Position numbers and translations under genes: made by a program
Origin: Macrostomum lignano
Lineage: Eukaryota
Assembly (NCBI GenBank): GCA_002269645.1
Contig: NIVC01002433.1
Location: 110,440 to 174,439, forward strand
Reading direction: 5' to 3'
Length of the DNA stretch: 64,000 nt
Shown here: one piece after another, positions 23,501 to 35,255 of the stretch
Layout of the letters: every line of letters starts with the position of its first letter
Numbering within the stretch: the stretch's first letter is position 1
The notes under the pieces: model-generated
Seen by the model: only the letters and a program-made list of their open reading frames with translations
What the model was told of the DNA's origin: nothing
The model's database searches: none

Positions 23501-26500
23501 CACATCAGATACACAGTAGAATCCCATTAGATACTCATTAGAATCACATCAGATACCCATTAGAATCACATCAGATACACAGTAGAATCCCATTAGATAC
23601 TCATTAGAATCACATCAGATACCCATTAGAATCACATCAGATACACAGTAGAATCACATCAGATACCCATTAGAATCACATCAGATACACAGTAGAATCA
23701 CATTAGATACCCATTAGAATCACATCAGATACACAGTAGAATCACATCAGATAAACATTAGAATCACATCAGATACCCATTAGAATCACATCAGATACAC
23801 GTTAGACAGACTCACATTGCAGCCGAACACGTGGCTATAGGTGAGTCCGGCAGCGTCAGCAGGAAAAGCCGGTTTGTCAGCCGGATACAGAACCTCCAGC
23901 CAATCGGCTGACGGAGGCACGTCGGCCACCGAGAAGCAGTAGCCTTTGCGAACTGTTCGACACTTGAAACTGTTAATGCCGTGCTTGGCGGCGAATTTAG
24001 CGAACTCGTCGTAGACGTCCTTGATTTGGACGGGTTGGTCAGTTGGATCGCCGTGCCGGTCGACTCGGAATTGGCGAGGTAGAAAATACAACTGTCTGGG
24101 TATGTCCGTGATCTTCACGCAGCAGGACTCGAATCTGTTAGGGAATGTTGAGATTAGGGAAGTCACTAAAAATGCGAATTATTCAAAATGGAAATAACGC
24201 TATTTGGATCCGGAACCATAGCTACCACCTTGAACCAAACCTACCTGGAACCAAACCTACCTGGAACCAAACCTACCTGGAACCAAACCTACCTTGAACC
24301 AAACCTACCTGGAACCAAACCTACCTGGAACCAAACCTACTCGGAACCAAACCTACTCGGAACCAAACCTACCTGGAACCAAACCTACCTGGAACCAAAC
24401 CTACCTGGAACCAAACCTACCCGGAACCAAACCTACCTGGAACCAAACCTACCTTGAACCAAACCTACCTGGAACCAAACCTACCTGGAACCAAACCTAC
24501 CTGGAACCAAACCTACCCGGAACCAAACCTACCTGGAACCAAACCTACCTGGAACCAAACCTACCCGGAACCAAACCTACCTGGAACCAAACCTACCTGG
24601 AACCAAACCTACTCGGAACCAAACCTACTCGGAACCAAACCTACCTGGAACCAAACCTACCTGGAACCAAACCTACCCGGAACCAAACCTACTCGGAACC
24701 AAACCTACCTGGAACCAAACCTACCCGGAACCAAACCTACCTGGAACCAAACCTACCTGGAACCAAACCTACCTGGAACCAAACCTACCTGGAACCAAAC
24801 CTACCTGGAACCAAACCTACCCGGAACCAAACCTACCTGGAACCAAACCTACCTGGAACCAAACCTACCCGGAACCAAACCTACCTGGAACCAAACCTAC
24901 CTGGAACCAAACCTACTCGGAACCAAACCTACTCGGAACCAAACCTACCTGGAACCAAACCTACCTGGAACCAAACCTACTCGGAACCAAACCTACTCGG
25001 AACCAAACCTACTCGGAACCAAACCTACCTGGAACCAAACCTACCTGGAACCAAACCTACCTGGAACCAAACCTACTCGGAACCAAACCTACTCGGAACC
25101 AAACCTACCTGGAACCAAACCTACTCGGAACCAAACCTACTCGGAACCAAAACTACCCGGAACCAAACCTACCTGGAACCAAACCTACCTGGAACCAAAC
25201 CTACCCGGAACCAAACCTACCTGGAACCAAAACTACCTGGAACCAAAACTACCTGGAACCGAAACTACCTGGAACCAAAACTACCTGGAACCAAAACTAC
25301 CTGGAACCAAATCTACATGGAACCAAAATTCCTCGACCCAAAACTACCCGGAACTGAAACTGAAAAATCAAATCGCTCACTTATTCTGCCCATTACTAAG
25401 AGGCACGGCCACTTTGCCGAACAGAAACACAGTTCCCGGATGATGTCCAGAATCGTCCCAAGCGTCAAGCCAATAGAATCGCAAAGCTTTAGCTCCCTGC
25501 TCGTCGCCAGCAACATCAACTTCCGGAAGATCGTCAATCGTAGACATCATCCCAGAGTTATTCTTTGCTACAACATCCGGCACAGATTCGGTCTCATTGG
25601 CTCCATATTCAAGCCAGTCGCCAGCAGATGCGGCCGACACAGAGGCAGCCGCAGCCGCAGCCGCAGCAGCCCAAGGCTCCACAATGGTAGCTGAGCTACG
25701 ATTCAATTTAGCTGACGCTTCCGCATCCGACACTCCCGAAACTGATGAAGCATTGCCTGCACCGCCGGCACCGCCTCCTGCAGCAACAGTACTAGCAGTA
25801 GTAGTATTATTAACATCCGAACTAGATGCTGCCATGGTTTCAAATGGTTCATCAAAATCTGCCAAAATCTCGTCCGTCAAATCGCCACCAGAAGCTTCCA
25901 AAAGACGTTTACGTTCCTCGGCGTCCAGTTGCTCTTTTCGACGCGCGTCGCGCTCTCGCTGCTCTTTGCGGCGCTGACGACGTTGGAGTTGAGCAGCCGG
26001 AGACGACGTGTCGATTGGAGCAATAACCGGAGCCGGTCCTGCGGCAGCCGAAGAGCGCGATCGAGGCGTCGGCGGAGTCGACGGTAGCGGCGGAGCCTGA
26101 TTCGTTGACGAAGACAATCTCGGTCGCTTGACCTGATGCTCCTCCGTAACCCCCTCTTCCTCGTCGCGAAGTGAACAAAGAAGCGATTCTAAATCGTCAT
26201 CAAGCGCAGCTTCATCATCGACAGCTGGAGCGGAAGCCGGCGCATCCGACGGCGTTCGACGCTTTTTACGAATCGATTCGTCAATTTGAGCTCGCATAAA
26301 CATGGATTTAATATTGCCGCTGCCGCTGCTGCTGGCTGCAAGTTTTTTAGCTGCACTCTCGGCATCTCGGGCGATAAACGGATTGCGTTTTTTGCCTGAC
26401 TGTGGCTGCTGCTTGCCTTTGCCGTCTTTCGCCGCAGAAGCGGCCTGAGCTTCGGCTTCAAGGCGTTCAGCATTCCGCTTAGTATAACCGTAAGCTTCAT

Positions 26501-26831
26501 CGTCAACAATCCAGTCGTCATCTTCGGAATCGTAATCACCATCATCGCTGGCTTTCTTCCCAGCATCCTCATCGTCATCATCATCCAAGTCAACTCGATC
26601 AACAACCGGGCGCAGCTTCTTGCCCTTCATCTTGGCGTCTCGAAGCCGGCTGAGCATCTCCAGACGATTGGCTTTCCGCTCGCTGACGCCCGAACGTCGA
26701 CCGCGACGTTGAGCTACCGTAGCGGTGGCATCGTCGCCACTACCGTCGCTGTCATCGCGACAACGATGTCGATTCGACGTCTCCTCTTCTTCGTCGTTGA
26801 ACATGGCGCTTCTTCCGCGTTTGGAAGGCAT
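11519..26831 (-). CDS. POLA1: DNA polymerase alpha catalytic subunit, ~1557 aa, 12 exons
   Basis: Exons: 26831-25381, 24134-23816, 22284-21990, 21325-20916, 20096-19716, 19246-19028, 18484-18260, 17812-17535, 16029-15715, 14622-14280, 13241-13047, 11761-11519; phase-consistent. Motifs [101 protein letters not shown], and C-terminal CysA (CRAC/CPHC) and CysB (CDDQAC/CPAC). Exon 5/6 junction uncertain by a few codons. Confidence 0.97.
12055..13012. repeat. Minisatellite, 21 bp unit CTCTACCTGTTTCCCAGACCC, POLA1 intron 11
   Basis: ~34 near-identical copies plus a degenerate edge. Confidence 0.96.
13385..14085. repeat. Minisatellite, 17-23 bp unit ACATCTACCTGTCTGAC-based, POLA1 intron 10
   Basis: Tandem variants. 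Confidence 0.92.
14761..15690. repeat. Minisatellite, 47-49 bp unit ACCGATATGTATCGAAAACATGCTACCATAA(AT)AGACTGGAAGCAATGC, POLA1 intron 9
   Basis: ~19 copies; contains the palindrome CGATA-TG-TATCG. Confidence 0.96.
16124..17482. repeat. Minisatellite, 21 bp unit ACCATAGACAAGCTACCCAGA, POLA1 intron 8
   Basis: ~43 copies at 16141-17040 with a single substitution seen, then a degenerate tail. Confidence 0.98.
17865..18240. repeat. Minisatellite, 11/22 bp unit CTGACATGAAT/CTGACATTAAA, POLA1 intron 7
   Basis: Tandem variants. Confidence 0.9.
18518..18958. repeat. Minisatellite, 21 bp unit TGAGATTTGGAATCTCTACAG, POLA1 intron 6
   Basis: ~20 copies; hairpin GAGATT-TGG-AATCTC in each unit. Confidence 0.95.
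19393..19682. mobile_element. 290-bp MITE-like/foldback element with a perfect 21-bp terminal inverted repeat, POLA1 intron 5
   Basis: ATATTTTCGATACATATCGGT (19393-19413) is the exact reverse complement of 19662-19682. No clear TSD. Confidence 0.55.
20442..20805. repeat. Minisatellite, 12-13 bp unit GGTAGGTTAACT/GGTAGGTTAGCT, POLA1 intron 4
   Basis: ~28 tandem copies. Confidence 0.93.
21367..21493 (-). mobile_element. tRNA-derived SINE, 5' half (head plus start of central domain)
   Basis: Reverse complement reads ..ATCCTAGTGATTAGAACGTCGGACTC..GGTTCGATTCTCG (A and B boxes) then CCTTGAGCAAGAG..CATTGCTTCA; aligns by eye with 57366-57617. Confidence 0.8.
21768..21958 (+). mobile_element. tRNA-derived SINE copy with most of the tRNA head deleted
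   Basis: GTAGCCTAGTG joined directly to TCATTGAACAAGACAC..CTGTAAAATGGGTGCCAGC..GCTGCGGCTGAGCTGT; nearly identical to the reverse complement of 57366-57530. Confidence 0.82.
22765..23800. repeat. Minisatellite, 22 bp (2x11) unit AGAATCACATCAGATACACATT, POLA1 intron 2
   Basis: ~45 variant copies. Confidence 0.94.
24225..25350. repeat. Minisatellite, 16 bp unit GGAACCAAACCTACCT, POLA1 intron 1
   Basis: ~65-70 copies; sense strand reads AGGTAGGTTTGGTTCC. Confidence 0.97.
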
Positions 26832-27602
26832 GCTAAGTTGCTTGATTTTGTCTTTTTGTTTTGTTCAAGTTCAACTGCACAGAAAGTGGAGCATACGATT
26901 TTTTACAATAGAAAATAGATTCTTGAGTCGTCGCTGGGATTATATAGACTTTATTTTTTTATTTTATAGACGACTTTTTGGCAACTCTTTTACGATCCTG
27001 CAACTCAACAGTCGCCTCTCCGTCGCCTCTCCGACACGCGTTACAAAAGTCACTATAGTGAGTTGTTTCCAATGACTCTTAATAGCGATTCAGCAGCAAA
27101 TTCACGATTAATTAACAAAGTATATAAAGCAGGTATATGACAAAATTAATAATAACGCAGTGTATTTGTATTTTTTCAAAACCTAAGAGCATCGCTAGAC
27201 TACTTACAATAGAGTTGCCTGCTTTTCTTCTAAAAGTGGAATGCTCAGCATAAACAAATGTTCAGTTTTTGATCTACAATAAATAGTATAATAATTGATC
27301 ACAGCCAATCTAAAACAACTTGACAGATTAATACATATATAAATGTAAGAGAATGAGTTAATAAAAAAACTGTAAGCAGAATTTGAAGCGGATTCCTGCC
27401 GCCATTGTTTTTAGTTGCTTAGTAACAAAAATTCAGTCGTATCTGCATCAGATACTAAACTGTAAAATAATTGTACTGTCAATCTACATAATAAAGTACA
27501 ACTGTACCGTATTTCTTCCTAGATGAATGGACGGTTGATGTATTTTTAATAACTCGACAACAATATCAAGTGTGTCACAAATAGCCTGTCCATGGTCATA
27601 AT

Positions 27603-28200
27603 GGGGAGTTGCTGAGATGCCATGGCTCACCAGGGGGGGGGGAGTTGCTGAGATGCCATGGCTCACCAAGGGGGGGGGAGTTGCTGAGATGCCATGGCTC
27701 ACCAGGGGGAGTTGCTGAGATGCCATGGCTCACCAGGGGGGGAGTTGATGAGATGCCATGGCTCACCAGGGGGGGGGGGGAGTTGCTGAGATGCCATGGC
27801 TCACCAGGGGGGGGGAGTTGCTGAGATGCCATGGCTCACCAGGGGGGGGAGTTGCTGAGATGCCATGGCTCACCAGGGGGAGTTGCTGAGATGCCATGGC
27901 TCACCAGGGGGGGGGAGTTGATGAGATGCCATGGCTCACCAGGGGGAGTTGCTGAGATGCCACGGCTCACCAGGGGGAGTTGATGAGATGCCATGGCTCA
28001 CCAGGGGGAGTTGCTGAGATGCCATGGCTCACCAGGGGGAGTTGCTGAGATGCCATGGCTCACCAGGGGGAGTTGCTGAGATGTCATGGCTCACCAGGGG
28101 GGGGGGGTTGCTGAGATGCCATGGCTCACCACGGGGGGGGGGGGTTGCTGAGATGCCATGGCTCACCAGGGGGAGTTGCTGAGATGCCATGGCTCACCAG
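27603..28200. repeat. Minisatellite, 31-36 bp unit AGTTGCTGAGATGCCATGGCTCACCA-G(5-11), between CEP83 stop and POLA1 start
   Basis: ~18 copies with a variable G homopolymer. Confidence 0.95.
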
Positions 28201-28314
28201 GTTGGACAACACTTATTTTAATTGTAGGGTAAAAAAACTCACGCAATAATAAATAAAATTAAATCACAGTTACATCTCGCCTATTGAATCTAAAAAACTA
28301 AACAGACAAATAGT

Positions 28315-31300
28315 TTAACGCGTCCCAGCTGACAGCAGGCTGGTAACCTGAGCCATCTGCTCTCTCTGCTGACTATCTAGCCTATCTAATCGGCTTCTCA
28401 ACTCTTCCATTGCTTGTTCTTCTTCCGCTCCGCTCCAGGCGGCGGCGGCGGCGGCGGATTTCCCGCCCGGAATGCCGAGTTCCCGGCTGGCGGAACCTGG
28501 TTCCGGTGCGCGCGAAGTCATCAGAACGGAGCGGAAATCGCCTAGACGACGCTGAAGGTCGCGAAGCTCCTTGCGGACGCGATTGTATTCGTCGTGTGAG
28601 ACGCCTTTGCGCAGGACTTCAACCTGTTTAGGAGTTGATTTATGGCAGTAGGGGCGGATTGAGCCAGTAGGGAGCGGATTGAACCAGTAGGGAGCGGATT
28701 GAACCAGTAGGGAGCGGATTGAACCAGTAGGGAGCGGATTGAACCAGTAGGGAGCGGATTGAACCAGTAGGGAGCGGATTGAGCCAGTAGGGAGCGGATT
28801 GAACCAGTAGGGAGCGGATTGAGCCAATAGGGAGCGGATATTGTAGAATCAGTAGGGGGGGGCGGATTAAATCAGTGGGGGGGGGGGCGGGTGGAGCCAC
28901 TAAGGAGCGGATGAAGCCAGTAGGGAGCGGATTGATCCTAAAGGGAGCGGATTGAGCCAGTAGGGAGCGAATTGAACCAGTAGGGAGCGGATTGAGCCAG
29001 TAGGGAGCGGATTGAACCAGTAGGGAGCGGATTGAACCAGTAGGGAGCGGATTGAACCAGTAGGGAGCGGATTGAGCCAGTAGGGAGCGGATTGAGCCAG
29101 TAGGGAGCGGATTGAACCAGTAGGGAGCGGATTGAGCCAGTAGGGAGCGGATATTGTAGAATCAGTAGGGGGGGGGCGGATTAAATCAGTGGGGGGGGGC
29201 GGGTGGAGCCACTAAGGAGCGGATGAAGCCAGTAGGGAGCGGATTGATCCTAAAGGGAGCGAATTGAGCCAGTAGGGAGCGTATTGAACCAGTAGGGAGC
29301 TCACCTGGGCGCCCAGCTCGCACTCCTTCGCCTCGGCAAGCTCAGCCCGCTCCCTGGCAGACCGAACCGCGGCAGAGTATTTGTGCTTCTTCTTGCGCCA
29401 TTCCTCTTTAGCCCGATTGAACTCTCTGGATTTCGCTTCAACTGCGGACTCGGCGCCGGCTAGAGCTTCCGTCAGACGGCGAATTTCCGGCCGCAACTCA
29501 CGCTCGATTGTGGCCTGCAATCAATTGCGCCATGCGTCATAGGAAACTGTTTGAGCAGAACGTCTTTCTCTTGCTATTAGTTGATAGCCTTTATCTGTTT
29601 TAATCCCCCTTCCCTCTCTACTCTACTTCCTTCCCCCCTCTACTCTGCCCCAATTTCCTCTCTACACCGCCCCCTTTCCTCACTACTCCGCTCCCTTCGC
29701 TCTCTACTCCGTTCCTTCCCTCTCTACCCCCCTCCCTCTCTACCCCCCCTTCCCTCTCTACCCCCTCCCTCTCTACCCCCTTCCCTCTCTACCCCCTCCC
29801 TCTCTACCCCCCTTCCCTCTCTACCCCTTCCCTCTCTACCCCCTTCCCTCTCTACCCCCCTCCCTCTCTACCCCCTTCCCTCTCTACCCCCTCCCTCTCT
29901 ACCCCCCTCCCTCTCTACCCCCCTTCCCTCTCTACCCCCTTCCCTCTCTACCCCCTCCCTCCCTACCCCCTTCCCTCTCTACCCCTCCCTCTCTACCCCC
30001 TTCCCTCTCTACCCCTTCCCTCTCTACCCCCTCCCTCTCTACCCCCCTTCCCTCTCCCCCCTCCCTCTCTACCCCTTCCCTCTCTACCCCTTCCCTCTCC
30101 CCCCCTTCCCTCTCTACTCCGCCCTCATACCTCTCTACACCGCCTCTTTCCCTCTACTCCGCCTCAGTGTCCCAGGCATTCAGGCATTCCCAAAGCGCGC
30201 ACCTGAACCTGACGCAGTTCTCTCTGCGCCTCCAATCGTTCAGACTTCGCCTCCTCAAGTGCATCCAGAGTGTCCGCTGCGGCGGCAGCCTCTGCTTCGT
30301 GTCGACGCAGACGCGACTCTAATTCGTCTCTGGCCTCCGTCTGTGTACGCAGCTCGCGTTCGAGTCGTTCGATTCGCGATTCCAAGCTGGCCCGCTCGTC
30401 TGCGCTTGCCTTAGCCTCGGACTCGGCTCGGGAGACCTATCGGTTAAAATACGAAAAAAAGAATTGTTGCATTTAGCTTTATAAACGCTATACTTTAAGT
30501 ACACTACTTACAGTAAAAATAGGAAAGTTTTATTAACTACAAAAATTAAAACTATTTGCTAAGTACACTACTTAAAGTAAAAATAGAAACAAATATCCTT
30601 AAAAAACTCACTCTCTCCTGACAGCGCTCTCGTTCAGCTCGAATCACGGAGTCAACTTCGGCCACTTTCTGCCTGGCAGTTTGCAGTTCACCTTCGGCGG
30701 CAATTTTCTCCGATTCAATCTGTTGCCTAACCTGCCATTCTTCTTCTCGTACAGCCTGCTCTCGACGGGCCAGCTGTCGCTCTCTATCCAAGGCGTCTCG
30801 CTCTAAACGGGACAGTTTAGAAGCGGCCAGACTCAGCCTATGCTGCAGGTCGTCTCTAACCGCTAGCAGCGAGTCGCGCTCGCGTTCGATAGCGCCTCGC
30901 TCTTGAGTCCACTGTAGCCTGGTGGTGTTGAAAATATTATGAGCATTTTGTAATAGAACAGATATGCTTTTACCCTACTTGCAGTAATAATATTAATATT
31001 ATAAACAGTTTATACTAGGGAAGATACGTTTTATCCTACTAGAAGTAGTAACAATATCCTACTAGTAGTAGTAACAATATAAACTGTTTGTAATATGGCA
31101 GATATGCTTTTAATCTACTAGTAGTAGTAATATCATAAACAGTTTTTAATGGGCCAGATATGCTTTTACCCTACTAGTAGTAGTGATGTTATAAACAATT
31201 TTTACATTATATGGCAGATATGATTGTACCTTACTAGCAGTAATAATATAAACAGTTTGTAATATACCAGATATGCGTGTACAGAATTCAACAATACAAG

Positions 31301-34300
31301 TTGACAGTCACTAACTTGGCATTATACATCTCCAGCTTGGCCTTGTGCTCCAATTCTTCTAATCGGCTTCTCAATTGGGCGGCATTTTTTTCAGCCTCAG
31401 CTGATCGGCCAGTCAGCTGCAGGTCCAGAGCTCGAGCCTCGGACAGTTCCCGTCCGGTGTCGTCCAATTGCTGACGCAACGATTCACGTTCGGCATTTAA
31501 TTGTCGAACATTTGATTGACAGTCGGCTAGTTGGCGTTCCAAAGTTCGAGCTCGCAGTTCGGCTGACTGCTGCTCGCTATCGCGGCCGGTTCGAGCCTCT
31601 TCGAGTTCGCTGTCCAAAGCTTTGAGACGGGCTAGCAGCTGGGCGTTCTCTCTGCGAGGGGTGTTTAACATGGTGACAGCTTGTATATTGGTATTACTAC
31701 TTACTAAGTAGCCTACACTAATATATATCAGTTTTTTTGTAAGAGATTTTTTAAGTTTGTGAAGAATCCAGCTTGTGAAGAATCCAGTTTGTGAAGAATC
31801 CAGTTTGTGAAGAATCCAGTTGGTGAAGAATCCAGTTTGTGAAGAATCCAGTTTGTGGAGAATCCAGTTTCGTGAAGAATCCAGTTTGTGAAGAATCCAG
31901 TTGGTGAAGAATCCAGTTGGTGAAGAATCCAGTTTGGTGAAGAATCCAGTTTGTGAAAAATCCAGTTTGGTGAAAAATTTAGTTTGTGAAGAATCCAGTT
32001 TGGTGAAGAATCCAGTTTGTGAAGAATCCAGTTTGTGAAGAATCCAGTTTGGTGAAGAATCCAGTTTGTGAAGAATCCAGTTTGGTGAAGAATCCAGATT
32101 GTGAAGAATCCAGTTTGGTGAAGAATCCAGTTTGTGAAGAATCCAGTTTGTGAAGAATCCAGTTTGGTGAAGAATCCAGTTTGTGAAGAATCCAGTTGGT
32201 GAAGAATCCAGTTTGAAAAGAATCCAGTTGGTGAAGAATCCAGTTTGGTGAAGAATCCAGTTTGTGAAGAATCCAGTTTGTAAAGAATCCAGTTGGTGAA
32301 GAATCCAGTTTGTGAAAAATCCAGTTTGGTGAAGAATCCAGTTGGTGAAGAATCCAGTTTGTGAAAAATCCAGTTAGTGAAGAATCCAGTTAGTGAAGAA
32401 TCCAGTTTGTGAAAAATCCAGTTTGTGAAAAATCCAGTTTGTAAAGAATCCAGTTGATGAAGAATCTAGTTTGTGAAAAATCCAGTTAGTGAAGAATCCA
32501 GTTTGTGAAGAATCCAGTTTGTGAAGAATCCAGTTTGTGAAAAATCCAGTTTGTGAAGAATCCAGTTGGTAAAAAATCAAGTTTGTGAAAAATCCAGTTG
32601 GCGAAGAATCCAGTTTGTGAAGAATCCAGTTTATGAAGAATCCAGTTTGTGAAGAATCCAGTTTGGTGAAGAATCCAGTTTGTGATGAATCCAGTTTGGT
32701 GAAGAATCCAGTTTGTGAAGAATCCAGTTTGTGAAAAATCCAGTTTTTGAAGAATGCAGTTTGGTGAAGAATCCAGTTTCGTGAAGAATCCAGTTGGTGA
32801 AGAATCCAGTTTGTGAAGAATCCAGTTTGGTGAAGAATCCAGTTTGTGAAGAATGCAGTTTGGTGAAGAATCCAGTTTGTGAAGAATCCAGTTAGTGAAG
32901 AATCCAGTTTGTGAAGAATCCAGTTGGTGAAGAATCCAGTTTGTGAAAAATCCAGTTTGTGAAGAATCCAGTTGGTAAAAAATCAAGTTTGTGAAAAATC
33001 CAGTTGGCGAAGAATCCAGTTTGTGAAGAATCCAGTTTATGAAGAATCCAGTTTGTGAAGAATCCAGTTTGGTGAAGAATTCAGTTTGTGATGAATCCAG
33101 TTTGGTGAAGAATCTAGTTTGTGAAGAATCCAGTTTGTGAAAAATCCAGTTTGTGAAGAATGCAGTTTGGTGAAGAATCCAGTTTCGTGAAGAATCCAGT
33201 TGGTGAAGAATCCAGTTTGTGAAGAATCCAGTTTGGTGAAGAATCCAGTTTGTGAAGAATGCAGTTTGGTGAAGAATCCAATTTGTGAAAAATCCAGTTT
33301 GTGAAGAATCCAGTTTGTGAAGAATCCCTCTGAAGGATTGCTACACATGAATTTGGAAGCTGCTTACCTGTACAGAGCCCGCACCCGATCGGCAGGGTCG
33401 CTATCAGCCTGACGCTGCAGCAGAAAATCGCGCTCACGCCTTAGATTGGCAACTTCAGCGTCGTGCACAAGTTTTAATTCTTCAATGACGCGAGAGTGCT
33501 CAGCTTTTGCGTGCTCAAGATCGCTGCGAGCGGCGGCGCTTTCGTAGCGCAATCGGTTCCATTCTTGGCGATGATAGGCGCTCTCTTGGGACAGCTGGGC
33601 GTACCGGTCTTTGTAGGCCAGTTCCAGATCTTCGGTCACCTGCTCATGCGTGGAGGTTATGGTTGGTGCTTTGGAGCCGCAACTATCATGCCCCTATATT
33701 TTGCTGACTTTTGATCGAGCCCGTGCTTATGCACAGGCTGTACAGCAGCTCCCCAATATACAGTAGGGATATGGGAGAGATTAGAGGGGATAAATTAGAG
33801 GCAAAGCATAGGAGAGATTAGAAATAAATACAGAGATTAAAGAGAGTACAGATTACAGAGTAAATATTTGAGAGTAATGATTTGGGACTAGGGATTGGAG
33901 AGAGAGATTAAAGGGGAAAGATTAGAGACAGGAGAGATTAAAATGGGAAGAGATTAGAGACAGGAGAGATTAAAGGGGAAGAGATTAGAGACAGGAGAGA
34001 TTAAAGGGGAAGAGATTAGAGACAGGAGAGATTAAAGGGGAAGAGATTAGAGACAGGAGAGATTAAAGGGGGAAGAGATTTGAGACAGGAGAGATTAAAG
34101 GGAGAAGAGATTAGAGGAAAGAGATTAGAGACAGGAGAGATTAAAGGGGAAGGAAGGGGAGTAGAGATTAGAATTAGGAAGAGATTAGAGAGTAAGATTA
34201 GAGAGGGAAAAGATTAGAGGAAAGAGATTAGAGACAGGAGAGATTAAAGGGGAAGGAAGGGGAGTAGAGATTAGAATTAGGAAGAGATTAGAGAGTAAGA

Positions 34301-35231
34301 TTAGAGAGGGAAGAGATTAGAGAAAGTAGAGATTAGAGAGGGAAGAGATTAGAGAGAGTAGAGATTAGAGAGGGAAGAGATTAGAGAGATTAGAGATTAG
34401 AGAGGGAAGAGATTAGAGAGAGTAGAGATTAGAGAGGGAAGAGATTAGAGAGAGTAGAGATTAGAGAGGGAAGAAATTAGAGAGAGAGTAGAGATTAGAG
34501 AGGGAAGAAATTAGAGAGAGAGTAGAGATTAGAGAGGGAAGAAATTAGAGAAAGTAAGATTAGAGGGAAAAGATTACAGACGGAAGAGATTCGAGGGAGA
34601 GAGATTAGAGAGGGGAAAGAAGAGATTACAGAGGGGAGAGTTTAAAGAGGGAAGAGATTCGAGAAATAGAGTTTAAAGAGGAGAAATTAAAGGGGATTAG
34701 AGATATGAGAGTAAATAGGTAAGCGAGATAAGATTAGAGGCCAAGAGAGGTGACGCGGTCTTTTCATTAATAAAATGAGTACAATAAACAATAAACGAGA
34801 GGACACTAAAACCAAAAGAGCTCTCAGCTTACCTGCGCTTTAATCATCTCCAATTTCTGCGCATTCAATCCTTGCAATTTGGCCTCCTCTAATTCGGCTC
34901 TAGCATCGTCGCGTTCTTTCTTAGCTGCGTGCAACGTGTCGTTAAGCCGCTCCTGAGCGGCTCGACTCTCTTCCAATGTAGTTTTCAACTGCCTCTCCAA
35001 GTTGGCATACTGTTCCTGCAGTTGCGAATGCTTCGCTTTTAATAACTGAAAATTGCTCCGATGCTGATCGGATCTCAGGCGCTCCTCCGATAGGGCGCGA
35101 GCGTAGCCCAAGCCTCCGGCGCCGTCTGATTCTAAGAAATTTAATGGGCTCTGCGTAGCGCTGCGAGTCACTCGAAGAGACGATGGACCAGCTGGGGGCT
35201 GCCCAGATGCTGCGGCCGAGGATGATGCCAT
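28315..35231 (-). CDS. CEP83: Centrosomal protein CEP83/CCDC41 (distal appendage coiled-coil protein), ~688 aa, 7 exons
   Basis: Exons: 35231-34833, 33639-33368, 31651-31316, 30918-30612, 30436-30203, 29514-29305, 28623-28315; phase-consistent. Colinear matches to recalled human CEP83: LSEERLRSDQHRSNFQLLKAKHSQLQ ([26 protein letters not shown]), QKLEMIKAQ, WNRLRYE, VSHDEYNRVRKELRDLQRRLGDFRSVL ([27 protein letters not shown]), ELRSRLDRLDSQQREQM. Start codon provisional. Confidence 0.88.
28645..29300. repeat. Minisatellite, 20 bp unit GGATTGAACCAGTAGGGAGC, CEP83 intron 6
   Basis: Tandem copies with a duplicated higher-order block (~314 bp period). Confidence 0.95.
29610..30120. repeat. C/T-rich ~16-17 bp minisatellite CCCTCTCTACCCC(C)TT, CEP83 intron 5
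   Basis: Tandem variants; G-rich on the sense strand. Confidence 0.92.
31750..33327. repeat. Minisatellite, 16-17 bp unit GTGAAGAATCCAGTTT(G), CEP83 intron 2
   Basis: ~95 copies; higher-order duplication (~405 bp period at 32566/32971). Confidence 0.97.
33890..34700. repeat. Purine-rich GAGATTAGAGA-based minisatellite, CEP83 intron 1
   Basis: Several related units in tandem. Confidence 0.88.
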
Positions 35232-35255
35232 GCAGCGGGTAAGAGATTGGGTTCG

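Noticed and set aside
1199-26831. Functional innate-immunity cluster of POLA1 and a TBK1-like kinase
   Set aside because: The human POLA1-interferon link needs pathway components not shown here; adjacency alone is no evidence.
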